The notes beneath the pieces were generated by a model. It saw only the letters and a program-made list of their open reading frames with translations. It was not told the DNA's origin and searched no databases. From NCBI GenBank assembly GCA_964497825.1, contig CAZCFA010000002.1, forward strand, positions 7,510-71,509: DNA of 64,000 bases, given 5' to 3'. A program made the position numbers and the translations under genes. Of the stretch, positions 51,866-61,567 are shown piece after piece (the stretch's first letter is position 1; each line of letters starts with the position of its first letter). This DNA comes from an uncultured Conexibacter sp. Its GTDB lineage: Bacteria; Actinomycetota; Thermoleophilia; Solirubrobacterales; 70-9.

Positions 51866-53537
51866 GCGCGTCGACGACGCGGCCGTCGAACTGGCTGCCG
51901 GCGTAGCGGCCGAGCTCGCTGAGCGCCTCCTCGGGGGACCTGGCGGCCCGGTAGGGGCGCTCGCTGGTGATCGCGTCGTAGGACTCGGCGACCGCCAGGA
52001 TCCGCGCCTCGAGCGGGATCTCATCGCCGCTGATGCCGCGCGGATAGCCGTGGCCGTCGGGCTGCTCGTGGCGGGCCAGCACCCACTCGCGGATGTCGGT
52101 CAGCTCCTTCGCGCCGAGGATCCGCGCCGCCATCTCGGGGTGGCGCCGGACCTGGTCCCACTCCCCGGGCGAGAGCGGCCCGGGCTTGTCGAGGATCGAG
52201 TCGGCGATCCCGATCTTGCCGATGTCGTGGAGCATCCCGGCCAGCCGCAGCCGGTTGATCCGCGGCTCGGGCAGGCCGAGCTCGTGGCCGATCAGCTCGC
52301 AGTAGCGGGCGACGGCGGCCGAGTGGGCGGCGTTGCGCTGGTCGCGCAGGTCGAGCACCTCGGCGAGGCTGAGCACGGTCGCGAGGTGCATGCGCCCGTC
52401 CTTGGGATCGGTGCCGGTCTCGGCCGCGAGCGCATCGTCGACGTCGGCGCTGTAGACGACGGCGCGATCGGCGCCGAGCGACTCGGCGACCTGGGCCGCC
52501 GAGTCCGCCGCCTGCATCAGGTCCTCGGCGCGAACGCCGTGCTTGGGGAAGCTGGCGACCCCGATGCTGATCCGCAGGCTCATGTTGCGCTCGCGGTAGG
52601 CGCGCCGGACCCGGGTCAGGATCTGCTCGGCGAGCAGGAAGCCGGTGTGCTCGTCGGTCTCCGGCAGGACGACGGCGAACTCGGCGGCGTCGATCCGGCC
52701 GACCGTGTCGATCCGCCGGGTCGACTCGTCGAGCAGGCGTCCGATCTCCTTCAGCACGCCGTCGGCGGTCTCGTGCCCCTGCTCCTTGCTGAGCTTGCCG
52801 ATCCCGCCGAGGCGGACGCTGAGCAGCCCGATCCGGTTCGCCTCCGGCCGCGCCCGCGCGATCTCGGTGCCGAGCACCTCGACGAGGCCGTGGCGGTTGC
52901 GGAAGCCGGTCAGCATGTCGGTCCGGGCGGCCGACGACAGGGTCGTCCACAGGCCGTTGACCCGTTCGCGCAGGGCGTGCATCATCACGCCGGCGATCGC
53001 GAGGCTGCCGACCGTGAGCACGAACTGGTGCGTGAGGTCGCCGACGCTGGCGCTGTCGGAGGAGTTCATCGCCAGCAGCGTCGTCCCGTAGCAGAGGCCG
53101 AGGAAGCCGACGGTGAGGGCGGCGTCGGTCCGGGAGAGGAAGTAGAAGGCGTAGAAGCACGGCCACAGGTAGAAGGTCGCGTAGGCGCCGAGCGCGTCGC
53201 CGCTGAAGATCACCGCCAGCGTCACCTGCACGATTCCGGCCGCCGGGGCGATCCTGATCGCGCCCATCGGCAGCCGCTCGGCGAAGACGAGGAAGCCGAG
53301 CGCCCAGAGCGCGCTCACCAGCCAGAGCACGATCAGGGCGGGCTCGTTGAACGACGAGGGGTGCGGGAGGACGATGCCGAGCCCGCCGAGGCCGACGCCG
53401 GCGAGGGTCACGTAGGCGCCGGCACGGGCCAGCGGCGCCACGCGCTGGCTCACGGCGCCATCGGCGCCGGCGCCGAGGGCGGCGCGACCGACGTCGTCGC
53501 CGTCCGAGGCCGCTCCCTCGAATATCGCCAATCCCAT
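51822..53537 (-). CDS. membrane sensor with degenerate GGDEF domain and HD-GYP phosphodiesterase domain
   Basis: Track ORF. About 6 N-terminal TM helices. DMLTGFRNRHG...GRIDAAEFAVVL (DAAEF in place of GGDEF). HD-GYP: HSAAVARY, MLHDIGKIGI, HHEQPDGHGYPRG-like HEQPDGHGYPRG. Confidence 0.88.
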   Translation of the reverse strand: MGLAIFEGAASDGDDVGRAALGAGADGAVSQRVAPLARAGAYVTLAGVGLGGLGIVLPHPSSFNEPALIVLWLVSALWALGFLVFAERLPMGAIRIAPAAGIVQVTLAVIFSGDALGAYATFYLWPCFYAFYFLSRTDAALTVGFLGLCYGTTLLAMNSSDSASVGDLTHQFVLTVGSLAIAGVMMHALRERVNGLWTTLSSAARTDMLTGFRNRHGLVEVLGTEIARARPEANRIGLLSVRLGGIGKLSKEQGHETADGVLKEIGRLLDESTRRIDTVGRIDAAEFAVVLPETDEHTGFLLAEQILTRVRRAYRERNMSLRISIGVASFPKHGVRAEDLMQAADSAAQVAESLGADRAVVYSADVDDALAAETGTDPKDGRMHLATVLSLAEVLDLRDQRNAAHSAAVARYCELIGHELGLPEPRINRLRLAGMLHDIGKIGIADSILDKPGPLSPGEWDQVRRHPEMAARILGAKELTDIREWVLARHEQPDGHGYPRGISGDEIPLEARILAVAESYDAITSERPYRAARSPEEALSELGRYAGSQFDGRVVDALNRGLSSVEAASPR

Positions 53538-53639
53538 GGTTTCCGTCTCTCGCTGTCCAGCGCTGCCCGGGACGGTGCAACGCCCTCGCCCTGCTCATCG
53601 GCAGCGGGCCCGGAAAAGCTGAGCGCCGGGCGCTCGCGT

Positions 53640-55031
53640 TCAGGCGCCGGCCGGCGCGCCGCTGCGAACCGCGGCCGAGCGCTTGCCGGCGAGGGTCACG
53701 CGCGTCCCCCGGCCCGGGGCGAGCGTCATGTTGTTGCGGACGATCGGCTCCGGATCGCCCTCGGCGACGAGGGTCACGCGGCCGAGCACCGTCTTCAGCA
53801 CGGTCTTGATCGTCATCATCGCCAGGTGCATGCCGAGGCAGTGCCGCGAGCCGGCGCCAAACGGCACCCAGACCCGCGAGCTCGGCTTCGGGCTCTCGAG
53901 GAAGCGCTCGGGCCGGAAGCGCTCGGGCTCGGGGAATGCCTCGGGGTCACGGTGGATCAGGTAGATGCACGGCATCAGCGTCCAGCCGGCGGGGAACCGG
54001 AAGCCGCCGATCTCCTGCGGCTCGTAGATGCGGCGGGCCGTGATCGGCAGCACCGGGCGCTGGCGCAGCGTCTCGCGGACGACGGCGTCGACGTAGGCGT
54101 CGTCCTCGTTCGTCAGCTCGGCGAGCAGCCGGTCGCAGACGAGCGGGTGGCGGAGGACGCGCTCGAACGCCCAGGAGAGCGTGTTCGCGGTCGACTCGTG
54201 GCCGGCGACGAGCAGCGTCATCGCCTCGTCGCGGATCTCGCGGTCGGTCATGAACCCGTCCTCGTGCGGCTTCGGGACGGCGAGCATCGTGAGCACGTCG
54301 TCGCCGCGCTCGTCGGCTCGCAGGTCGCGGCGGATACCGATCTCCTCGATCAGGATGGTGTCGATCTGCCGGGTCAGCTGCATCACCCGGCCGAACGGCG
54401 AGCGGCCGCCGAGCTCGCGCTGGAACTGCGGCATCAGCGCGAACGGGTTCTCGGCGACGTCGAGCATCTGACGAACGAGGCTGCGAAGCCTGACGTCGTT
54501 GTCGGGCTGGCAGACGCCGAACGCGATCCGCACGATCGCTTCGGTCGTGATCCGCCGCATCGCCCCCTGCAGGGCGAACGTCTCACCGACCGGCCAGCCC
54601 GCCAGCTCGCGGGCGGCGATCTCCTCGATCAGGCCCGCGTAGCGACGCACCCCGGCGCGATGGAAGGCGGGGGCGAGGATCCGCCGGTGATGGCGGTGCT
54701 CCTCGCCGTCGAGCAGGAACAGGGAGCTCTCGCCGAGCACGGGCCGGAACAGGCGGTTGGTCGGCCCCATCTTGAAGACCCGCGGATCGCCGGTCAGCAC
54801 GGGCCAGGCAGCGGCCGGGTCGCCGATCATCGCGCAGCGCTTCAACGCGCCGAGCCGGACCCGGAAGATCGGGCCGTGCCGGTCGCGGCTTGACTCCATG
54901 AACGCGACCGGGTCGCTGAACCAGCGCCGCATCTGCAGCAGCCCCGGCGCCCGCGAGCCGGGCGGCAGCCGCGGCTCGGCCGCGCGCTCGGCGCTGACCG
55001 GTGCGTCCTGCTGCTGCAACTGCGTCGACAC
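53640..55031 (-). CDS. cytochrome P450
   Basis: Track ORF with GTG start. I-helix LLVAGHESTAN, ETLR, heme loop FGAGSRHCLGMHLA. Confidence 0.95.
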   Translation of the reverse strand: MSTQLQQQDAPVSAERAAEPRLPPGSRAPGLLQMRRWFSDPVAFMESSRDRHGPIFRVRLGALKRCAMIGDPAAAWPVLTGDPRVFKMGPTNRLFRPVLGESSLFLLDGEEHRHHRRILAPAFHRAGVRRYAGLIEEIAARELAGWPVGETFALQGAMRRITTEAIVRIAFGVCQPDNDVRLRSLVRQMLDVAENPFALMPQFQRELGGRSPFGRVMQLTRQIDTILIEEIGIRRDLRADERGDDVLTMLAVPKPHEDGFMTDREIRDEAMTLLVAGHESTANTLSWAFERVLRHPLVCDRLLAELTNEDDAYVDAVVRETLRQRPVLPITARRIYEPQEIGGFRFPAGWTLMPCIYLIHRDPEAFPEPERFRPERFLESPKPSSRVWVPFGAGSRHCLGMHLAMMTIKTVLKTVLGRVTLVAEGDPEPIVRNNMTLAPGRGTRVTLAGKRSAAVRSGAPAGA

Positions 55032-55140
55032 GTTCCTCCGACCCCCCGGCGACTGCGGTGGGCGCAGCCTAGACGACCCGATCCGATCCGCACAAGGGGC
55101 CGCGGCGGACGCAACGCCGCGCCCACCGGGTTACCGGCAT

Positions 55141-55172
55141 AAGTAGGAAGTATGAAGTGCTACTGTCCACTT
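55141..55172. promoter_or_regulatory. AT-rich motif AAGTAGGAAGTATGAAGTGCTACTGTCCACTT (operator candidate)
   Basis: Lies in the divergent P450 / acyl-CoA dehydrogenase spacer, 38 bp upstream of the ACAD ATG. Shares AAGT(A/G)GGAAGT and ATGAAGTG with 49658-49685, and ATGAAGT...CTGTCC..CT.CGG with 56669-56695. Confidence 0.4.
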
Positions 55173-55209
55173 CGGGACAGCGTCAGCGAGCGAAGGAGCC
55201 CCGATCCGC

Positions 55210-56424
55210 ATGGCAAGCACCGAAACCCGCGACCAGGTCGTCAAGCCCGACTTCGGATCGAGCGGCCGCCACCTGATCTTCACCCAGGAGCACGAGGACC
55301 TGCGCGAGTCGATGCGGTCCTGGGTGCAGAACGAGCTGGCGCCGCACGCCGAGGAGTGGGAGCGGACGCTGTGGCCCGACTCGGTGCTGAAGCGGATGGC
55401 GGAGCTCGGCTTCGTCGGCCTCTGCTTCCCCGAGGAGTACGGCGGCCAGGGCGGCGACTACTACTACTCGCTGGTCCGCGCCGAGTGCCTCTCCTACTCG
55501 GGCTCGGGCGGGCTCAACATGGGCCTCGCCGTCCACACCGACATGGTCCTGCCGCCGATCGAGATGCTCGGGACCGAGGAGCAGAAGCAGCGCTACCTGA
55601 CGGCGGGGATCAGGGGCGAGCGGATCGCCGCGCTCGGGATCACCGAGCCGGGCGCCGGCTCCGACGTCGCCGGGATCCGCACGACCGCCCGACGCGACGG
55701 CGACGAGTACGTGATCAACGGGTCGAAGACGTTCATCACCAACGGCGCCCGGGCCGACTTCATCCTGCTCGTCACAAAGACCGATCCCGACGCCCGCCAC
55801 GACGGGATCACGCTGTTCCTCGTCGACCTCAAGGACGCCGACGGCAACCCGACCGAGGGCTTCTCGGTCTCGCGCAAGCTCGAGAAGCTCGGCATGCACT
55901 CCTCCGACACCGCCGAGCTCGCCTTCGAGGACGTCCGGGTCCCGGCCGAGAACATGCTCGGTCAGGAGGGCAAGGGCTTCTACCACATCTCGTGGGAGCT
56001 CCAGGGCGAGCGCCTGGTCGGCGCGATCGGCTCGGTCGCCGGCGCCGAACGGCTCTTCGAGCAGACGCTCGCCTACGCGAAGGAGCGCGAGGCGTTCGGC
56101 CGCCCGATCGGAAAGTTCCAGGCGATCCGCCACAAGTTCGCCGACATGGCGACGAAGATCGAGGCCGCCAAGCAGCTCACCTACACGACCGCGTGGCGCT
56201 TCGCCAACGGCGAGTACCCGGTCCGCGAGATCACGATGGCGAAGCTCTACGCCTCCCGGGTCGGCTGCGAGGTCGCCGACGAGTGCGTCCAGATCCACGG
56301 CGGCTACGGCTACATGAAGGAGTACAACGTCGAGCGCGCCTACCGCGACATGCGCCTGAACCGGATCGGCGCCGGCTCCGACGAGGTGATGCTCGAGGTG
56401 ATCGGCCGCTCCTACGGCCTCTAG
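55210..56424 (+). CDS. acyl-CoA dehydrogenase
   Basis: Track ORF. gaaggag SD 10 nt upstream. ALGITEPGAGSDVAGI, INGSKTFITNG, IHGGYGYMKEY. Confidence 0.95.
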   Translation: MASTETRDQVVKPDFGSSGRHLIFTQEHEDLRESMRSWVQNELAPHAEEWERTLWPDSVLKRMAELGFVGLCFPEEYGGQGGDYYYSLVRAECLSYSGSGGLNMGLAVHTDMVLPPIEMLGTEEQKQRYLTAGIRGERIAALGITEPGAGSDVAGIRTTARRDGDEYVINGSKTFITNGARADFILLVTKTDPDARHDGITLFLVDLKDADGNPTEGFSVSRKLEKLGMHSSDTAELAFEDVRVPAENMLGQEGKGFYHISWELQGERLVGAIGSVAGAERLFEQTLAYAKEREAFGRPIGKFQAIRHKFADMATKIEAAKQLTYTTAWRFANGEYPVREITMAKLYASRVGCEVADECVQIHGGYGYMKEYNVERAYRDMRLNRIGAGSDEVMLEVIGRSYGL

Positions 56425-56483
56425 TTTTCTAGTAGCCGAACGCGGCGCCCGCCGCTCCCGCCCGCGGTCGGGCGGCGGCCGCG

Positions 56484-56536
56484 GCGGGATTGCTCGAGCG
56501 CCGGCGACGTAGCGGGATTGCTCGAGCGCCGGCGAC
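56484..56536. repeat. 28-bp tandem repeat, 2 copies
   Basis: gcgggattgctcgagcgccggcgac at 56484 and 56512. Confidence 0.75.
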
Positions 56537-56572
56537 CGCCGCGTCGGCGCCGCGATCGCGGGCCGAAAAGAG

Positions 56573-56603
56573 CCTCGACCCGCTCGTCATGAGCGGGTCG
56601 AGG
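56573..56603 (-). terminator. strong hairpin with a U-tract only on the minus strand (orphan intrinsic terminator)
   Basis: cctcgacccgctc-gtcat-gagcgggtcgagg: perfect 13-bp stem. The minus-strand continuation is ctcttttcgg. No minus-strand CDS lies upstream of it. Confidence 0.45.
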
Positions 56604-56866
56604 CGGGGGATGGGTATGGATCGGACCTGGAGGAACGCGGCGGACACGCCGCCGCGTCGGTTCGTGGGATGAAGTCCGTTCGCTGTCCCTCTCGGCCGAT
56701 CCGGGAACAACCTTAGGGCCCTGGACGGATGATTGACAGCGTTTGTCCGATCGAAGACCAAAGTTTGGACGTCGCGGCACAAGATCCTGCAACCGGTGGG
56801 CTCGCCCGGCGCACGCCCGCCGGCCGGCGCCGGATGCCGCGTGGGGACGCCAGACCGCCTGAAAGA

Positions 56867-57519
56867 ATGGCGCCGATGGCCGCGCCGCCCAGTCGTCTGA
56901 CGATCCTGATCGCCGACGACCACCCCGTCTACCGGCAGGGCCTCGAGCGGGCGATCGCCGAGCGCGACGAGCTCGAGCTGGTCGGCTCCAGCGCCGACGG
57001 CCGCGACGCGCTCGAGCGACTGCAGGAGCTCGAGCCCGACGTCGCCGTCGTCGACGTGCGGATGCCCGGGCTCGACGGGCTCAAGATCGTCGCCGCCGCC
57101 AAGCGCGACGGGCTGCGCACGCGGATCATGCTGCTGACCGGCTACGAGGACTCCGCCGCCGCCTACAGCGCGCTCGCCGCGGGCGCCGCGGGCTACATCT
57201 CGAAGGCCTCCGACCACACCGAGCTGATCGAGTCGATCGTCACCGCCGGGCGCGGCGAGACCGTGATCGCTCCCCAGTTCAGCGCCGGGATCGCGAACGA
57301 GATCCAGCTCCGCGAGAGCTCCGACCGGCCGGCGCTGACCGGCCGCGAGGCCGAGGTGCTGGCGCTCCTGGCCGAGGGCCGCACGATCGAGCGGATCGGC
57401 GCCGAGCTCCATCTCTCCGGGCCGACGGTCGAGACCCACCTGCGGAACCTCTACGAGAAGCTCGGGGCCGCCGATCGCGCCGGCGCGGTCGCGACGGCGA
57501 TGCGCTGGGGGCTGCTCGA

Positions 57520-57523
<4 letters not shown>
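56867..57523 (+). CDS. NarL/LuxR-family response regulator
   Basis: ATG 56867 inside track ORF 56729..57523. REC LTILIADDHPVYRQGL...VAVVDVRMPGLDG. HTH LTGREAEVLALLAEGRTIERIGAELHLSGPTVETHLRNLYEKLG. Confidence 0.9.
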
Positions 57524-58671
<1,148 letters not shown>

Positions 58672-58681
58672 GCCGGCGCGC

Positions 58682-59095
58682 TCAGGGCGCCGGGTCGGCC
58701 GGCCCCAGCGCGCTCGTGCAGAACGCGCACCGGCGTGCCGCGAACGGGACCTCGGAGAGGCACTCGGGGCACTCGCGGGTGCCGGCCTGCTTCGGGCCGT
58801 GGCGGAGCTCGTCGAGCTTCGCGAGCGGGACGACGACGAAGAAGTAGACCGCGGCGGCGACCGAGAGGAACGAGATCAGGGCGTTGAGGAAGTTGCCGTA
58901 GGTGAGCTCGGAGCCGTTGATCGTCAACGTCAGCCCGCTGAAGTCGGGCTCGCCGATGATCGCCCCGATCAGCGGCGTGATCAGGTCGGCGACCAGCGAT
59001 GCGACCAGCGCCCCGAAGGCGCTGCCGATCACGACCGCGACGGCGAGATCGATGACGTTCCCGCGCGAGATGAAGTCCTTGAATCCGCTCAGCAT
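58682..59095 (-). CDS. mscL: large-conductance mechanosensitive channel with C-terminal CxxC..CxxC zinc-ribbon-like tail
   Basis: Track ORF. MLSGFKDFISRGNVIDLAVAVVIGSAFG, second TM FLSVAAAVYFFVVVP. The tail reads TRECPECLSEVPFAARRCAFCTS. Confidence 0.9.
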   Translation of the reverse strand: MLSGFKDFISRGNVIDLAVAVVIGSAFGALVASLVADLITPLIGAIIGEPDFSGLTLTINGSELTYGNFLNALISFLSVAAAVYFFVVVPLAKLDELRHGPKQAGTRECPECLSEVPFAARRCAFCTSALGPADPAP

Positions 59096-59143
59096 CCGTG
59101 CCTTCTATCGCAGCGGCCCGGCGCCGGGTAGCGTGGCGGGTCG

Positions 59144-60322
59144 ATGACGGTCGTCAAGGACAGCGGCGTGCGTGCGCTCGTGCCGCCGTTCGAGCCCGAG
59201 CACGAGGAGCTGCGGGCGACGGTCCGACGCTGGGTCGAGGCCGAGGTCCTCCCCCATCAGGCCGACTGGGAGCAGCGGCGCGAGTTCCCGCGCGAGCTCT
59301 TCGAGCGCGCCGCAGAGCTCGGCTTCCTCGGCCTCCGCTACCCCGAGCGGCTCGGGGGGCAGGGCGGCGATCAGGTCTTCGACGCCGTCTGGGCCGAGGA
59401 GATCGCCGCCGCCGGAATGGCGGGCGGGGTCGCCGCCGGGATCGGCGCCCACACCGGCATCGCCACGCCGCCGGTCTGGATGTTCGGCACCGACGAGCAG
59501 CACGAGCGCTTCCTGCGGCCGGCGATCGCCGGCGAGAAGATCGCCGCGCTCGGGATCACCGAGCCCGGCGCCGGCTCCGACGTCGCCTCGATCCGCACCC
59601 GCGCCGAACCCGTCGACGGCGGCTGGGTGGTCAACGGCGCGAAGACGTTCATCACCAACGGCGTTCGCGCCGACTTCCTCGTCTGCGCGGTGCGGACCAG
59701 GCCCGATGGCGGTCACGGCGGCATCTCGTTCCTGATCCTCGAGCGTGAGATGCCGGGCTACGAGGTCTCGCGCAAGCTCGAGAAGCTCGGCTGGCACGCC
59801 TCCGACACCGGCGAGCTCGCCTTCAGCGACGTCTTCGTGCCGGCCGAGAACCTGCTCGGGGAGGAGCACGGCGGCTTCAAGCTGATCATGGCCAACTTCC
59901 AGTGGGAGCGGCTGCTGATGGCGCTCGGGGCGGTCGGAGCGATCGACTGGTGCCTGCGCCGTGCCGTCGCCTACGCGCGCCAGCGCGAGGCGTTCGGCCG
60001 CCCGATCGGGTCGCTGCAGGCGATCCGCCACAAGATCGCGGCGATGGCGACCAAGCTCGAGACCGGCCGCGCGCTCACCTACCACGCGCTGCGGCTGCTC
60101 GCCGGCGGCGACGACGCACTCGCCGAGGTGACGAAGGCGAAGCTGTTCACCCAGCGCGCGGCGCTCGAGGTCGCCGACGACGCGGTCCAGATCCACGGCG
60201 GCTACGGCTACATGCGCGAGTACGAGGTCGAGCGGGCGCTGCGCGACGCCCGCCTCGGCCCGATCGGCGGCGGCACCGACGAGATCATGAAGGAGATCAT
60301 CGGCCGTGGCCTCGGCCTCTGA
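59144..60322 (+). CDS. acyl-CoA dehydrogenase
   Basis: Track ORF. ALGITEPGAGSDVASI, VNGAKTFITNG, IHGGYGYMREY. Confidence 0.95.
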   Translation: MTVVKDSGVRALVPPFEPEHEELRATVRRWVEAEVLPHQADWEQRREFPRELFERAAELGFLGLRYPERLGGQGGDQVFDAVWAEEIAAAGMAGGVAAGIGAHTGIATPPVWMFGTDEQHERFLRPAIAGEKIAALGITEPGAGSDVASIRTRAEPVDGGWVVNGAKTFITNGVRADFLVCAVRTRPDGGHGGISFLILEREMPGYEVSRKLEKLGWHASDTGELAFSDVFVPAENLLGEEHGGFKLIMANFQWERLLMALGAVGAIDWCLRRAVAYARQREAFGRPIGSLQAIRHKIAAMATKLETGRALTYHALRLLAGGDDALAEVTKAKLFTQRAALEVADDAVQIHGGYGYMREYEVERALRDARLGPIGGGTDEIMKEIIGRGLGL

Positions 60323-60438
60323 GCCGGCGGCGGCGACGTAGCTCGTCATCGCCGCCCGGCGGATCCTCCGCACCGACCCAAGCCGTCTCGGCGTTGCGCG
60401 GCGCCTCGAGCCGGCCGGCCGGCGACCGTCGAGCGAGC

Positions 60439-60727
60439 CTGGCCCGCGATCTCGCTCAGGCTGCGCCGTTCCGCGGGCCACGCCACCTCACCTGCCTCCC
60501 CTGGCCCGCGGGCTCGCTCAACGTGCGCGATTTCGCGGGCCAGGCCGCCGCGGCGGCCCCCGCCCCGGGCTGGTGGGGCCTTCGCCCGGCGCGCGGCCTC
60601 CCCTGGCCCGCGGGCTCGCTCAACGTGCGCGATTTCGCGGGCCAGGCCGCCGCGGCGGCCCCCGCCCGTCCGGCGGCATCTCACCTGGCCCGCGGGCTTG
60701 CTCAGCGTGAACCGCTTCGCGGGCCAC
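60439..60727. repeat. cluster of four REP-like 43-bp hairpin repeats (ctggcccgcg-N23-cgcgggcca), including a 71-bp unit duplicated with 102-bp period
   Basis: Copies at 60439-60481, 60501-60543, 60603-60645 and 60685-60727. 60495-60565 and 60597-60667 are identical by eye. Confidence 0.85.
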
Positions 60728-60729
60728 GT

Positions 60730-60788
60730 CGCGGCACAGCGGCCGGGCCCCGCGGCACAGGGGCCGGGCCCCGCGGCACAGCGGCCGA
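60730..60788. repeat. 21-bp tandem repeat, about 2.8 copies
   Basis: cgcggcacag(c/g)ggccgggccc at 60730, 60751 and 60772. Confidence 0.8.
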
Positions 60789-60942
60789 GTCCGGCGGCTC
60801 CGGCGATCGGCGGCATCGCGGCCGCCGGTCGCGCCGGAACGTCGCGGCCCGTCGTTGCGATCGGCGGGCTCGGGCGGGCCGGCCGCGAGTCCCTAGGCTG
60901 CTCGTCGTCACGACGCCAACCGACACCGAGCCGCGGCCGCTC

Positions 60943-61527
60943 GTGGCGGCCGACGCCGACCGCGCGGCGGCGCTGATCGCGCGTGCGTTCGCCTGGCACG
61001 AGCCGTGGGGCGCCTGGACGCTGCCCGACCCCAGCGATCGCGAGCAGCGGCTGCGGGAGCGAATCGTCGCCGACATTCGCGACCGGTTCCTGGCCCACGG
61101 CGACTGCTGGACGATCGGCCTCGAGACGGTGACGCTGTGGATCCCGCCGCGCGACCACCCCGGGGCCGAGCGCTTCGACGCCCGGCGCAGCGAGGACGAC
61201 TACGGCTCCTACGGCGAGCGGGCGCCGGCGATCCGCGCCGCCGACGAGCTGATCCGCTCGCTGCGACCGAGCGCGCCGCACTGGTTCCTCGACACGATCG
61301 CGACCGAGCCGGCGCTGTTCGGCCACGGCCTCGCCGGGCGGCTGCTCGATCACGACCTGCGCCTGCGCGACCGCGCCGGCGAGCTCTGCGCGCTCGACAC
61401 CCACACGCCGCGGCAGGTCGCCTTCTACGAGCGCCACGGCTTCGCGGTCGTCGGGCGCGGCGAGCCGGCGCCCGGGTTCCCGATCGTGGTCATGGCCCGC
61501 GAACCGCGCGCCGGCGCCGGTCACTAG
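60943..61527 (+). CDS. GNAT-family N-acetyltransferase (start uncertain)
   Basis: GTG 60943 inside track ORF 59902..61527. LDTIATEPALFGHGLAGRLL (motif A-like) and QVAFYERHGF. The upstream part of the ORF runs through the repeat cluster and is treated as non-coding. Confidence 0.65.
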   Translation: MAADADRAAALIARAFAWHEPWGAWTLPDPSDREQRLRERIVADIRDRFLAHGDCWTIGLETVTLWIPPRDHPGAERFDARRSEDDYGSYGERAPAIRAADELIRSLRPSAPHWFLDTIATEPALFGHGLAGRLLDHDLRLRDRAGELCALDTHTPRQVAFYERHGFAVVGRGEPAPGFPIVVMAREPRAGAGH

Positions 61528-61567
61528 GGTCCGGCGCCCACACGAAGCACGATTGGAGCACTCACGA

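Noticed and set aside
60439-60727. Possible CRISPR array (four 43-bp palindromic repeats)
   Set aside because: The periodicity is irregular (62/102/82 bp). Repeat interiors diverge while only the stem arms are conserved. Two of the 'spacers' are an exact duplication, and there are no cas genes. This behaviour fits REP/BIME-type elements.
59902-60942. A 541-aa GNAT protein starting inside the preceding ACAD gene region (track ORF 59902..61527)
   Set aside because: The first 140 codons overlap the ACAD gene in another frame. The next ~200 run through the REP-like hairpins and tandem repeats. Acetyltransferase-like sequence begins only around 60900-60950.
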